Source: a virus
IMG/VR virus record: IMGVR_UViG_3300009151_000034
Location: 32,001-96,000 of that record
DNA: 64,000 bases
Direction: 5' to 3' (one strand)
The notes beneath the pieces were generated by a model. That model saw nothing but the letters and a program-made list of their open reading frames with translations, ran no database searches and had not been told where the DNA came from. This document shows positions 10,104 to 19,484 of this stretch, in pieces (the first letter of the stretch is position 1; each line of letters opens with the position of its first letter). The translations under genes and the position numbers were made by a program.

Positions 10104-10682
10104 CTATGGCGTAAACTTGTCAATGATGATTTTACGAATTCGTTCCTTATCATAATTAAGAAACGGAGTGTATTTTCGTATCTTTAGTGACAAGCTTTGC
10201 CATACAGGATCATTAGCAAGTTTCTTATTCCACATGGATAGGCAGCTAACAAGATCAATAAGAACCACGACCGTTTCCAATGTAATATCTTTACCTAGAT
10301 ATAATTTTAGTAATTTCGGATGTTGGTTATCATTGACCTTGAAATTCTCATCGAATTTTTCATCAAGTTTTGATAAATCATTTTGGATAATATAGGTGAG
10401 TGATTGAATTTTCTTTTGCCAATCTTCATAAATTCTTTTGGCCGATTCAGTATAGGCAATTTCTCTAACCCATATGTTTTCATTAGACACAAAATTTGCT
10501 AGTAAAAATTGCTTTGGGTCTTCATGCTTTGCTAGTTTCTCAAAAAAGAATTTATCTTTTCGTTTATTGAAAGAATCTGCTGTAGCACGAACTTTCCATT
10601 TAAATTTTATAGCATCATATTTTTGTGTTGTAAAATGCTGTTTGATAGCAAGATAAGATTGGTAAGCTTCAAACGGTGTCAT
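10104..10682 (-). CDS. gp59: Helicase loader
   Basis: YLAIKQHF..YD..SFNKRKDKFFFEKL..HPKLLKLYLG..ITLET..KYTPFL. Confidence 0.92.
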   Translation of the reverse strand: MTPFEAYQSYLAIKQHFTTQKYDAIKFKWKVRATADSFNKRKDKFFFEKLAKHEDPKQFLLANFVSNENIWVREIAYTESAKRIYEDWQKKIQSLTYIIQNDLSKLDEKFDENFKVNDNQHPKLLKLYLGKDITLETVVVLIDLVSCLSMWNKKLANDPVWQSLSLKIRKYTPFLNYDKERIRKIIIDKFTP

Positions 10683-10685
10683 ATC

Positions 10686-10910
10686 TTAGGCAGGCAGACT
10701 TTCGGTTTTTTTAATGATGTTCAAAAATTCTGCTTCGCTCTGAATTTTAGATTTCATCACCGAATCTTTCTTAATAAGGGATGCTGCGTATTCAACATCC
10801 AAACCTTTCTCTTCACACCAATACACGATAGCATCAATGTAATCAAGCCTTTTCTCTACGCAAATCTTTTCAATATCATTTACGAAGTTGATGTTATGCT
10901 TTGGGATCAC
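10686..10910 (-). CDS. gp33: Late transcription co-activator
   Basis: YIDAIVYWCEE..KIQSEAEFLN; next to gp59. Confidence 0.88.
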   Translation of the reverse strand: MIPKHNINFVNDIEKICVEKRLDYIDAIVYWCEEKGLDVEYAASLIKKDSVMKSKIQSEAEFLNIIKKTESLPA

Positions 10911-11088
10911 GACTTACGTTCCATTTTGTTAAAGCCTTTTTGTTAAGATAATCATGAAGACGAAATCCAATAAAAACAATTAAAAAATCAATTGCACTAT
11001 CAGGAAAGTATTTTGTCATAATAAAAGCAATTACAACAAGGCCCATAATAAACCAAACCAACCCATTAGTCAAGTGAGAAAAAGTCAT
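10894..11088 (-). CDS. Small hypothetical membrane protein
   Basis: Two hydrophobic segments, in operon. Confidence 0.55.
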   Translation of the reverse strand: MTFSHLTNGLVWFIMGLVVIAFIMTKYFPDSAIDFLIVFIGFRLHDYLNKKALTKWNVSRDPKA

Positions 11089-11090
11089 TT

Positions 11091-11696
11091 TCAACTCCAT
11101 AAATTCTGATAATATTTTCCAAACAACCTGTAGCCATTCTGCATTCGTTCAGAGTGTTTGTCAATACCTTCACGATCTACTTCAATGTTTTTATAATTAA
11201 ATTCTTCTTCGGGGTTGTTATTTTTATAAAATTCTGTTTCCCAATCTTTGCCTGCTTGTTCGAAAGCCCAGATCATTTCATCCAGAACATAATCCCATCT
11301 ATCAAACCAAAACTCATCAAGAGAATCTTTTTCATGATCTTCTACTGGTTTCGCTGAAGTAGATTTTATATTTTCTAGAACATCATTATCATCAACCAAT
11401 GGACCACCCTTTTTGTCTTTTTTAAGAGCAACAAGAACAGGATGAATAATCAATGCAAGGGTATCGTCGGCGTTCCAAATATCATAAGTATCAATTTTAA
11501 TTTTAACTTTTCGTTCGCGCATACTAAAAACCAAAAGACAAAGCGAAGAAAATCCTGGGATTTTATTTAAAAAATTGCTAAATTTAACAATTGCATCATA
11601 TCCTTCATCATCATCACGGTCTTTCCAAAATAGAATCTTCTCAGCAATTTGATGAGACCCAAACCAATTTGGATTTTTACCAATGTAAATCTTCAT
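11091..11696 (-). CDS. Conserved phage hypothetical protein
   Basis: IDTYDIWNAD.TLA.II.P..WDYVLDEMIWAF..GYRLFGKYYQNLW motif set typical of large phages. Confidence 0.75.
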   Translation of the reverse strand: MKIYIGKNPNWFGSHQIAEKILFWKDRDDDEGYDAIVKFSNFLNKIPGFSSLCLLVFSMRERKVKIKIDTYDIWNADDTLALIIHPVLVALKKDKKGGPLVDDNDVLENIKSTSAKPVEDHEKDSLDEFWFDRWDYVLDEMIWAFEQAGKDWETEFYKNNNPEEEFNYKNIEVDREGIDKHSERMQNGYRLFGKYYQNLWS

Positions 11697-11701
11697 TATT
11701 T

Positions 11702-11977
11702 TTAGTCCTCTTTTTTAACCCATTCTTCTGGATTTGGTTCGTATACACAAATAAACGATTCAGGATATGTTTCATCACCGTATACAAAAACATATGGCCC
11801 ATCACTGCCCTGTTCCGTTACAAACACATGATGAAAGATAAGATCAGATGGTTTATCCATATCACCAAAATTGCGCTTGATATCATCGACTACAAAAGAA
11901 TTATATAAATCAATATCTTCCTGCTGTGTATCTTTCCATATAAGTTTAATATCTTTTTCAAACCAATGATTTTCCAT
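11702..11977 (-). CDS. Hypothetical protein
   Basis: ORF with AAGGA RBS. Confidence 0.65.
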   Translation of the reverse strand: MENHWFEKDIKLIWKDTQQEDIDLYNSFVVDDIKRNFGDMDKPSDLIFHHVFVTEQGSDGPYVFVYGDETYPESFICVYEPNPEEWVKKED

Positions 11978-12083
11978 TTTATATTTTCCTTTAAATTATT
12001 TCCACCGCGATCTCTGCCGCGATCCGTGGAATCTATGTGAGACATCTACAGAGCACACAGCATAATATTCTCCTAAGTGTTTT

Positions 12084-12179
12084 TGGTAGTCCCTGACGGA
12101 TTCGAACCGCCAACCGCGCACCTATCTAGTGCATACGAAAGGTATAAGCTTTCCGCTCTACCGATTGAGCTAAGGGACC
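12084..12179 (-). tRNA. tRNA-Ile(TAT) with long variable arm
   Basis: Acceptor GGTCCCT/AGGGACT-ACCA, anticodon arm GAAAG-CTTATAC-CTTTC, ~25-nt variable region, T-loop TTCGAAT. Confidence 0.8.
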
Positions 12180-12361
12180 ATAAAATTTTAGTCTCGTCGT
12201 AAATTCCAAATATCACCGTAAAGGTTTTTAAGAATGGATTGCGCTTCAAAATAGTTATCATTTTCTGTGGTGATATAAACTGTCCTTTGTGAAGAAACGC
12301 CACGCCCTTCATCAACCGCAGTCCAGGCTTTCCATCGATACATAATAATCTCCAAAAAAGT

Positions 12362-12447
12362 TGGTGGGAAAGGTAGGATTCGAACCTACTCACCTATAAG
12401 GAACGAATTTACAGTCCGCCACCGCTCTCCAACTCAGCCGCTTTCCC
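12362..12447 (-). tRNA. tRNA-Tyr(GTA)
   Basis: GGGAAAG/CTTTCCC-ACCA, loop CTGTAAA, class II variable arm. Confidence 0.92.
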
Positions 12448-12493
12448 ATTAAACGTATTATAGACCATTCCTCAAACTATGTCAAGGATAATT

Positions 12494-12570
12494 TGGCGAT
12501 CTCTACTGGACTCGAACCAGTGACCCACAGCTTAGAAGGCTGTTGCTCTATCCATCTGAGCTAAGAGACC
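12494..12570 (-). tRNA. tRNA-Arg(TCT)
   Basis: GGTCTCT/AGAGATC-GCCA, ACAGC-CTTCTAA-GCTGT. Confidence 0.95.
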
Positions 12571-12579
12571 ATTAGCTCT

Positions 12580-12786
12580 TTAACCTACTCGGAATGTAGA
12601 GAATCGAACGCCTGGGTTGCCTTTAGGGCGATTCACAGTTGCATACTTAACTCTTACACCACTAAAATCTGGCATTCCAACTACCATACAACTTTCTTCT
12701 AATTTCCAAGGTGTCATGATTTGTTCACGAACACCAATTGGAGCACCTGATTCTTCATCAACATATCCAAAATACTTATAATCCAT
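12580..12786 (-). CDS. Hypothetical protein (3' end tRNA-like)
   Basis: ORF directly after 12788..13912. Confidence 0.4.
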   Translation of the reverse strand: MDYKYFGYVDEESGAPIGVREQIMTPWKLEESCMVVGMPDFSGVRVKYATVNRPKGNPGVRFSTFRVG

Positions 12787-12787
12787 A

Positions 12788-13912
12788 TCACACTACCTTC
12801 AGAAGAATTGTATCTTCATTAATACGCTGTTGAATATTATCTGTCTTTTTTAACTCTGTCAAGAGTTTTGTTGCTGCTCTTTTTCCGCCATTTAGGACGG
12901 TAGCAATGTGATCAGCTACCTTACGGCCACCACGAACTGTCATGCTCTTATCTTCGTCATATTTAGTGATGGCAGTGCGATAAACATCCAAGCCACCACG
13001 ATCCAGAGCATAAAAGACTGTCAGTGTCTTATATTTAGTATTTAAGACCCAAAGCTCTTGTGCTCCAATAATCTTCTCGGGTTTGATCGAGGCTACCTTG
13101 AATTCCTTGCTTTCAGTAGCAGGGATAAGAAATTTTAGCTTCTTGTCAACACTAACCGTCTTAGGCTTCCTAGGTTCGCGCATCTTCTTCGTATTAGACG
13201 CAAACCGTTCACAATCAGTCAAAATACTCACATAGAATTTAGCGCGGGCCTTTTTGTTATCATTAGAAAGATTTGCATAACCTTCTACGAGTTGAGCATC
13301 ACAAGACCGTGAAAGAACTTCGGCAGCTTCGTTTGCAATGGGCTGATAAAATGCAGCAATCTTAGAAACCAGAAGAGGCGGAATTTCCTTAGTCTGAAGC
13401 CATTCATACATAGACAAGGTATAACCATTCGCATCGATGGCTTCTTCAAATTCACCAATGAAATCAGAAGCCTTATCACGAATACGATCTTGGATATTAA
13501 CCGCCTTGTCTTCTAGGGCAGCCACATCTTTCCGAAAAGTCAAAGCCTCTGTAACTTTTTCGTTTGCGAAAACCATGCTGCTAGGACCAAGATTAGCACC
13601 ACGGGAAATCATACGAAATATCCAAGCAGCCTGATCAGGAACTCGATTATCTGGAACACTCTTCATCTGTTTCGCCTCTGTGGTTCGGCCTGTATTTGTC
13701 AGATATGTTTCTAGATAATCACGAGCATTTTCGGTATTGCACATATAGCTATACCAAGTCATATTTTTCATACGAGTTAGATTGTCAATAGGATCGTAGG
13801 TGAAAGTCGGTTCATCTCCCATATACTTCTGGTTGATCAGTTGTTGTTCAGTCTTTGTGGGACGAACCTTCTTAACTTTTTTAGCAGTAGCAATTAAGAG
13901 ACGATTGGCCAT
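12788..13912 (-). CDS. Conserved T4-like hypothetical protein
   Basis: YMGDEP..L.EGY..SIKPEKIIGAQELWVLNTKYK..RINEDTILLKV. Confidence 0.8.
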   Translation of the reverse strand: MANRLLIATAKKVKKVRPTKTEQQLINQKYMGDEPTFTYDPIDNLTRMKNMTWYSYMCNTENARDYLETYLTNTGRTTEAKQMKSVPDNRVPDQAAWIFRMISRGANLGPSSMVFANEKVTEALTFRKDVAALEDKAVNIQDRIRDKASDFIGEFEEAIDANGYTLSMYEWLQTKEIPPLLVSKIAAFYQPIANEAAEVLSRSCDAQLVEGYANLSNDNKKARAKFYVSILTDCERFASNTKKMREPRKPKTVSVDKKLKFLIPATESKEFKVASIKPEKIIGAQELWVLNTKYKTLTVFYALDRGGLDVYRTAITKYDEDKSMTVRGGRKVADHIATVLNGGKRAATKLLTELKKTDNIQQRINEDTILLKVV

Positions 13913-13917
13913 TTTAA

Positions 13918-14190
13918 TCAGTCCTTATTGTGTGGTCGAAAATCTAGCAGGGTGAAATCTCGGATGGCTTCTTCTTCGTCGGTATCCATCCTCGATTTAG
14001 AATCTACCACATCAAGGCATTGTCCGTCAAGCACAAACCCCATGTTGGTCAGAAAAATTTCAATTTTTTCTAGGACCGTGGTAAGACCTGCTTCATCTTC
14101 ATCATAAATGAATGTGATACATGTGCTTTCCTGGAAATCCATTTCAGTGTATCCAAATCGTTCAAATTCTAATTTAACTTTTGTTTTCAT
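13918..14190 (-). CDS. Hypothetical protein
   Basis: ORF, start moved to MKTKVK. Confidence 0.6.
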   Translation of the reverse strand: MKTKVKLEFERFGYTEMDFQESTCITFIYDEDEAGLTTVLEKIEIFLTNMGFVLDGQCLDVVDSKSRMDTDEEEAIRDFTLLDFRPHNKD

Positions 14191-14191
14191 A

Positions 14192-14767
14192 TTATGCTGC
14201 TTCCATGTCCATATAGTCATCTAAAGTTATTGTTTTTTTAGTTATAAGATTTATGGGTTTGCATACCTCATAAACATCCGAGACCCTATAAGCTTCTAAA
14301 CCTTTGGTGTATGTATCAGGTTTTATACTATAATTAAAATCGAGTTGGTCAGCAATCCTAGAACAGGAGTTTGATAATTGCATATGGTGATCAGGCGGAA
14401 TTAAAAAGAAATCAAGTCTATCGTGGCAGGGATTAAACATGGCAATTCGAAGATGCCCGGTTTTTAATTGAAGACCTTTAAAAGTCCCCTTAAAAGATTT
14501 TTGTTTACTATTAAAACGTAAAGTGATAATTTTAGCATCACTCCCATCTTCAAAATCAGCACCAGTTGCGTGTGCTTTAAGACATTTTGTATTAGCAAGT
14601 TCTTCAATGATAATTTCCCAAAGAGGTTCCATTCTAAACCTATCTTTGGCCAGTTTTTCCATAACATCATATTCTTTATTGGTGTAATTTTCACAGACTT
14701 GACGAGCAAGATTTATGATAGCCAATTGACATCTGATTGAATTTGAATGTTCTTTGTCCTCTGTCAT
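14192..14767 (-). CDS. Hypothetical protein, possible PD-(D/E)xK nuclease
   Basis: GADFEDGSDAK motif. Confidence 0.45.
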   Translation of the reverse strand: MTEDKEHSNSIRCQLAIINLARQVCENYTNKEYDVMEKLAKDRFRMEPLWEIIIEELANTKCLKAHATGADFEDGSDAKIITLRFNSKQKSFKGTFKGLQLKTGHLRIAMFNPCHDRLDFFLIPPDHHMQLSNSCSRIADQLDFNYSIKPDTYTKGLEAYRVSDVYEVCKPINLITKKTITLDDYMDMEAA

Positions 14768-15057
14768 ACTCGGGATTCGCCATAAAAATTCTGATATTCT
14801 TCGTCTGTCATAAGAGATTCACATACCGCAAAAAGATCACCATCCTGATACAAAGTCCATACATTATTATTGGCATCAACATGACGGGCGTTGTTCAGAA
14901 TATTATCCCAGGCTTCCCAATACCACTCTTCATCAGGACCATTACCACAAACCTTAGCATCTTCCGTGTCAATGTTCGCCCAATCAAACATGTCAACAAA
15001 ATCTCTCGGGATATAAACACCACGGGAATCGTTCAGTAGAATTTCAATGCCGCTCAT
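14764..15057 (-). CDS. Hypothetical protein
   Basis: AGGAG RBS; DSRGVYIP..LYQDGDLFA. Confidence 0.7.
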   Translation of the reverse strand: MSGIEILLNDSRGVYIPRDFVDMFDWANIDTEDAKVCGNGPDEEWYWEAWDNILNNARHVDANNNVWTLYQDGDLFAVCESLMTDEEYQNFYGESRV

Positions 15058-15195
15058 TTTAAACTCCTATATGGTTGTGGTGGGTAGCAGGGACCAACCG
15101 TAAAGTCAATCCCTGCTATTGTAATATTTTGTTAGTAAAGTGTATGTGTCCATATTGAAAGCGTCAATTATATAAATACATAAAAGGAGAAAAAC

Positions 15196-15816
15196 ATGAC
15201 ATACACATATCTAATAGGCTGGTCATTATATGATAAATGGTATTATGGGGTTAGGTTTGCAAAAAAATGCGATCCGAAAGAATTATGGCAAACATATTTC
15301 ACATCATCTAAACATGTTAAAGCTTTTCGTAAGTCTTATGGAGAGCCTGATGTTATTGAGATAAGAAAAATATTCTCTTGTCAAGATAAAGCAATTTTGT
15401 GGGAAAATAAAGTTCTTAAAAGATTAGATGTTATACACAAAGATAAGTGGTTGAATAAAACAGATAACATTGCAATACGGTCTACTGAACCTAGAGTGTA
15501 TGGGGCACCATGGAATAAAGGAAAATCAACCGCAAGAACTAAAGAATCTATAGAAAAACAAAAAATCACTATAACAGGAAAAAAACGTGGGCCTTATAAT
15601 ATCTTGGAAACTGATGAAAGATTAGCCTTAAGAGCCAACATTTCAAAATCATTAAAAAATAACCAACGCGCCAAGGGTGTAAAATTTTCCGAGGAAGAAA
15701 AAATAAAACGTAGCGTGGCAAACATTGGTTGTTTCTGGTGGACAAATGGATTAATACAAGTAAAAAGCAAAATTTGTCCACCAGGGTTTGTAAGAGGTAA
15801 ACTTAAGAAACGTTAG
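15196..15816 (+). mobile_element. Free-standing GIY-YIG (Seg-like) homing endonuclease gene
   Basis: YTYLIGW..WYYGVR..YFTSS..WLNK plus NUMOD-like PWNKG; inverted orientation, own TATAAATA at 15171. Confidence 0.8.
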
Positions 15817-16759
15817 CCATTTTAAGTGCTAGATCAAGGGCTTCAATTTTCACATTCCGATTGGTGCCATACCACGCAGAGGTGAGGCGGTTGTCTGCGC
15901 TGCGACCCATAAGATGGTCGGTGGTAAACGTCACTGCGTTGACCGCATTCCACCAGCTACCAGGGGCCATATCCGCACCGGGCTGAGTGTCAAGCACTCC
16001 AAGGGCGATGTTGGCGGTCTTGGATAGTTCCTTCTTCGCCTTATCACCGCCAGCAACCGGAAAGATGCGCTTCATGAAATCAACCACATTCTCGCCAGTG
16101 TATTGCTTTGTGCTGAGAAAAGAAGCCATTTCCTTATACTGTGCGAGTTTGTCAGCAGCAACGCCAAGCATCGATTTTACGTTGTCACCATTGAATTCAC
16201 GGCGATGGCTGATCTTGACAAACCGTTCGACCTTAGAGTTAAGACTGAGAGTCAGAGTGTTGTTACAAACCACGCGGATAGGAGTGAAGCGAACGTCGGT
16301 TGAGAAGCCATACTTATGAAAGTTGGTGAAGTGAAGATAGGATTCGATCTCATCACTGCCGTTGATCGTAAAGCCATCTTTAATCTTCGCCAAGGCCCAT
16401 ACGATCTGACCATCCTTCAGACTACCGGCGGTATGCATTTCCATGTCACCTTCGGCAATAAAATCGTTAAAGAACTCGAAAGCCTCGCTATTCTGAACCG
16501 GATTCCAATCATCAGAAACCACATCAAGAATGCGGTTATCGCTTTGACGAACCAGAGCAGATTGGCCGATGCTGACATTCTTACCGCCAACCTTAGCAAA
16601 AGCAGGAACCTTCTCGACACTCCAATCCAAGCCAGCAGCCTCAAGCATTTGATCGGGAGTAAGATCAGCAGGAACTCGGACACCAAGACCGTGCCAAGGG
16701 GTTTCCCCAACATAAGCCATCTGAGCCTTACCGTTGATCATTTCGATTTCGTGAGCCAT
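15803..16759 (-). CDS. DUF932-family phage/plasmid protein
   Basis: ETPWHGLG..AGLDW..PVQN..TAGSL.DG..TPIRVVCNNT. Confidence 0.88.
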   Translation of the reverse strand: MAHEIEMINGKAQMAYVGETPWHGLGVRVPADLTPDQMLEAAGLDWSVEKVPAFAKVGGKNVSIGQSALVRQSDNRILDVVSDDWNPVQNSEAFEFFNDFIAEGDMEMHTAGSLKDGQIVWALAKIKDGFTINGSDEIESYLHFTNFHKYGFSTDVRFTPIRVVCNNTLTLSLNSKVERFVKISHRREFNGDNVKSMLGVAADKLAQYKEMASFLSTKQYTGENVVDFMKRIFPVAGGDKAKKELSKTANIALGVLDTQPGADMAPGSWWNAVNAVTFTTDHLMGRSADNRLTSAWYGTNRNVKIEALDLALKMANVS

Positions 16760-16863
16760 TGTTTTAGTATCCTTCACTGTGTTTCGATAAACATGTTATA
16801 GACTGGTTGGAGCAGGAAGTCAACAGGTTTTTTTAGTCTTCGAGATATTTTTTTAAAACTCAC

Positions 16864-17241
16864 TCACTTCTTATATTCTGTTATGGAGCCATCGAGGCGA
16901 AAGACACGGCAGAACACACCGTCTTTTTTTGTAAAGCGACCGCCGTATTCTCTTGGATGGTAGCCATAGATGTCGGGCTGATCTGACCCATCTTCCCAAG
17001 CCCTGAGCCACCTATTACCACAGCAATCACAATCCCATCCGGCTTGAACCCCATCAAAATAGATGCCGACACTTTGAGCACGACGGTCTGCATCAATCTT
17101 ATCACGCGCTTCGATTATCACATAATGACAGACATATTCGTCTACATCAAAACGCCCACCCGAATTGTTTTGATGATATGCCCAGTAAAGAGAAGGCGTT
17201 TCATGGCTAATCTTGGGTGAGATGTGTGTTTCAGTCACCAT
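16864..17241 (-). CDS. Hypothetical phage protein
   Basis: QNNSGG..IIEA..GIYFDGV..DCDCCG.RW. Confidence 0.75.
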   Translation of the reverse strand: MVTETHISPKISHETPSLYWAYHQNNSGGRFDVDEYVCHYVIIEARDKIDADRRAQSVGIYFDGVQAGWDCDCCGNRWLRAWEDGSDQPDIYGYHPREYGGRFTKKDGVFCRVFRLDGSITEYKK

Positions 17242-17255
17242 TTTAAAATTCCTTA

Positions 17256-17468
17256 TTATGCTTCACGGCGAGGATCATACCAGACCTGCATGGTGGTGGG
17301 TTTCTTCCAGGCACCACGGTTGACGTAGGCAGTAGCACGGTCGGCGGCGATGCTCCAATACTTGCGAAGGATCGAGAAGGGGATCACATCATCGCCGTTA
17401 CCGTGGATCATGTTTTGGAAATGGTAGGAACGCGCACCGATGAAGGCGAGGCGGGATTTCTGGTCCAT
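17256..17468 (-). CDS. Hypothetical early protein
   Basis: AGGAG RBS, GC-richer codons. Confidence 0.65.
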   Translation of the reverse strand: MDQKSRLAFIGARSYHFQNMIHGNGDDVIPFSILRKYWSIAADRATAYVNRGAWKKPTTMQVWYDPRREA

Positions 17469-17512
17469 GGTCTCTATCTCCTGTCCAATCTCTTTTGTGA
17501 TATATGTTAAAA

Positions 17513-17857
17513 TTAAGACGCTTTAGCAGCCATCTTAGCTTGGGCTTCTTCGTTGAGTTGCGCCCAATATTTCACGATACGCATAACACCGTTGACGTTC
17601 CGAGTCAACCACTGTTCAACCTGCCAGTCTTGCAGTGTGCCGTGTTTAATGAACGTCTTAGCAGTCAAACATCCCTCGCGGGCATCCCCTTTAGTGAACC
17701 CACGGTTGTTCACCATCTTCGCATCATTCTCGGCCTTCTCAGCCTCAGTCTGGCGGCGGAAAAGGGCAAGGCAGGCACGCCCCACGATCTGCATTTTCTT
17801 TTCTTCATTGGCTTCAAGGATCATGCGCTCAAGTGTGTGTTTGGTGATGATCGTCAT
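17513..17857 (-). CDS. Hypothetical early protein
   Basis: RBS plus promoter; RQT..E..NNRGF...DA. Confidence 0.72.
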   Translation of the reverse strand: MTIITKHTLERMILEANEEKKMQIVGRACLALFRRQTEAEKAENDAKMVNNRGFTKGDAREGCLTAKTFIKHGTLQDWQVEQWLTRNVNGVMRIVKYWAQLNEEAQAKMAAKAS

Positions 17858-17906
17858 GTGCTATCTCCTGTCTATGAAAAGAATATAGCCCATCCGCCAA
17901 CCAAAG

Positions 17907-18539
17907 TCAACCGGAAATATCGTAGTCTTCAATCATTTTTTGTGATGCTTCATTGCCAGACACAAGGGCATCACCAGACACCCAGGCATTATCAGACACA
18001 CGGGAATTACCACACACACGGGCATCACCAAACACACAGGCGTCACCAGACACAATGGCATCACCAGACACCCAGGCATCACCATACACACAGGCATCAC
18101 CAGACACCCAGGCAGTATCAGATACACAGGCATCACAATACACACAGGCATAGCCAGACACACAGGCATTACCATACACCCACGCATTATCAGACACAAT
18201 GGCATCACCAAACACACGGGCATCGTCATAGACACGGGCATAGCCATACACACGGGCATTGCCATACACACGGGCATTATCAGACACACAGGCATTGCCA
18301 GACACACGGGCATCGTCATAGACACGGGCATTGCCATACACCATGGCACTACCAGACACACAGGCATTGCCAGACACACGGGCATCGTCATAGACACGGG
18401 CATAGCCATACACACGGGCATCCGTATCGACAAACGCAGAGGCAGAAACATCTGTCGTGTCAGCAACCCATCCACCGCCATTTGAGTGCTGATGGGCGGG
18501 AACAGGGCCATTGCCGTCATTGAAATCATAAGTGGTCAT
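17907..18539 (-). CDS. Hexapeptide-repeat (left-handed beta-helix) protein
   Basis: NGGGWVA then ~28 (A-R/W/C-V-S/Y-G/D-N/D) repeats; 18-bp DNA repeat. Confidence 0.85.
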   Translation of the reverse strand: MTTYDFNDGNGPVPAHQHSNGGGWVADTTDVSASAFVDTDARVYGYARVYDDARVSGNACVSGSAMVYGNARVYDDARVSGNACVSDNARVYGNARVYGYARVYDDARVFGDAIVSDNAWVYGNACVSGYACVYCDACVSDTAWVSGDACVYGDAWVSGDAIVSGDACVFGDARVCGNSRVSDNAWVSGDALVSGNEASQKMIEDYDISG

Positions 18540-18590
18540 TGTAGTCTCCTTGCTCTCTATAGCCACATAATAGCATATCTACGCCAGATG

Positions 18591-18770
18591 TCAACCGGAA
18601 ATGTAACGTGCCGGGTCAATTTCCTCCGGGCCAATCTCAATATCGTTCTCAGACATCAGATTGGTGATCTTGGCCAAGCGGTCTTGGAGGTAGGCCAGTT
18701 CAGTCACCAACTGACTACGTGTCTTGATGTCAAAGAAAAGATCAAACACGTAGGGAAGATCGTTTGTCAT
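18591..18770 (-). CDS. Small early protein (59 aa, MTNDLPYVF...ISG)
   Basis: Manual translation; AGGAG RBS; own promoter. Confidence 0.65.
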   Translation of the reverse strand: MTNDLPYVFDLFFDIKTRSQLVTELAYLQDRLAKITNLMSENDIEIGPEEIDPARYISG

Positions 18771-18837
18771 GCTGTAGGCTCCTGTGTTGATGAGGGCAGT
18801 ATAGCGGATTTTTTCAGATAGTCAAGCAGTTATTTTG

Positions 18838-18972
18838 TCAAATCATAAAAAAAATTGGAAGAAGAAGCGCAAAAATACCAGCCGTCGCAACCGTGGCCAT
18901 AAGTGAGAACCATTCTTGCGCGCCGGTTTCCATGTCCTGATCTGTCAAGCCGTCCTGCGAAATCGTCATCAT
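18838..18972 (-). CDS. Small membrane peptide (44 aa)
   Basis: Manual translation; GAGG RBS; hydrophobic C-terminus. Confidence 0.5.
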   Translation of the reverse strand: MMTISQDGLTDQDMETGAQEWFSLMATVATAGIFALLLPIFFMI

Positions 18973-18990
18973 ATTTACTTCCTCTTAAAA

Positions 18991-19236
18991 TTAAAGAAGC
19001 TTCGCGGTAATTACATTGATACTATCATTATTGAACACACTAATCATCGTGGTGTGTCCAGTTTCGAGATGGCTGATCATGATCACATCGCCAACCTTGA
19101 CCATATCTTTCATGCCATTAAAAAACCCGGCAGATGTAACCTCATCATACGTTGCACCCTTGGCGTTATAATACCATGTCGTGAAACCCATGCAGTAGTT
19201 TGCCACGCCCATGTCCCGAATTTTAAAGCTGCTCAT
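18991..19236 (-). CDS. Hypothetical early protein
   Basis: GFTTWYY..GFFN..DMVKVGDVI; promoter plus RBS. Confidence 0.7.
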   Translation of the reverse strand: MSSFKIRDMGVANYCMGFTTWYYNAKGATYDEVTSAGFFNGMKDMVKVGDVIMISHLETGHTTMISVFNNDSINVITAKLL

Positions 19237-19313
19237 TGTCTCTGTATCCTCTGTTGATAACAGCATCTTATCAGGTTTCAGCCAAAAGTCAATTGGTTTT
19301 TGGTTTTTATTTG

Positions 19314-19484
19314 TTAATCCATGTCATCGAAAAAATCATAGCCAGCCGTCTCACAGAATTTCCAAGCCGCATCGAAAGCCTCAGACCGATTGCCGATCCA
19401 ACCACGGGTTTCGATCAATTTGCAGTCGGCTTCATCCGCCAGAGTCAGACAATTTCCGAGATAGAATCCGAAGAAGTGTTCCAT
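19314..19484 (-). CDS. Small early protein (56 aa, MEHFFGFY...)
   Basis: Manual translation; promoter plus RBS. Confidence 0.6.
   Translation of the reverse strand: MEHFFGFYLGNCLTLADEADCKLIETRGWIGNRSEAFDAAWKFCETAGYDFFDDMD

Noticed and set aside
12073-12393. 106-aa ORF
   Set aside because: Overlaps tRNA-Ile and tRNA-Tyr; a translation of tRNA sequence.
17504-18523. 339-aa His-rich plus-strand ORF (and the 17933..18529 alternate frame)
   Set aside because: Shadow frames of the 18-bp repeat gene; promoters and RBS support the minus-strand hexapeptide ORF.
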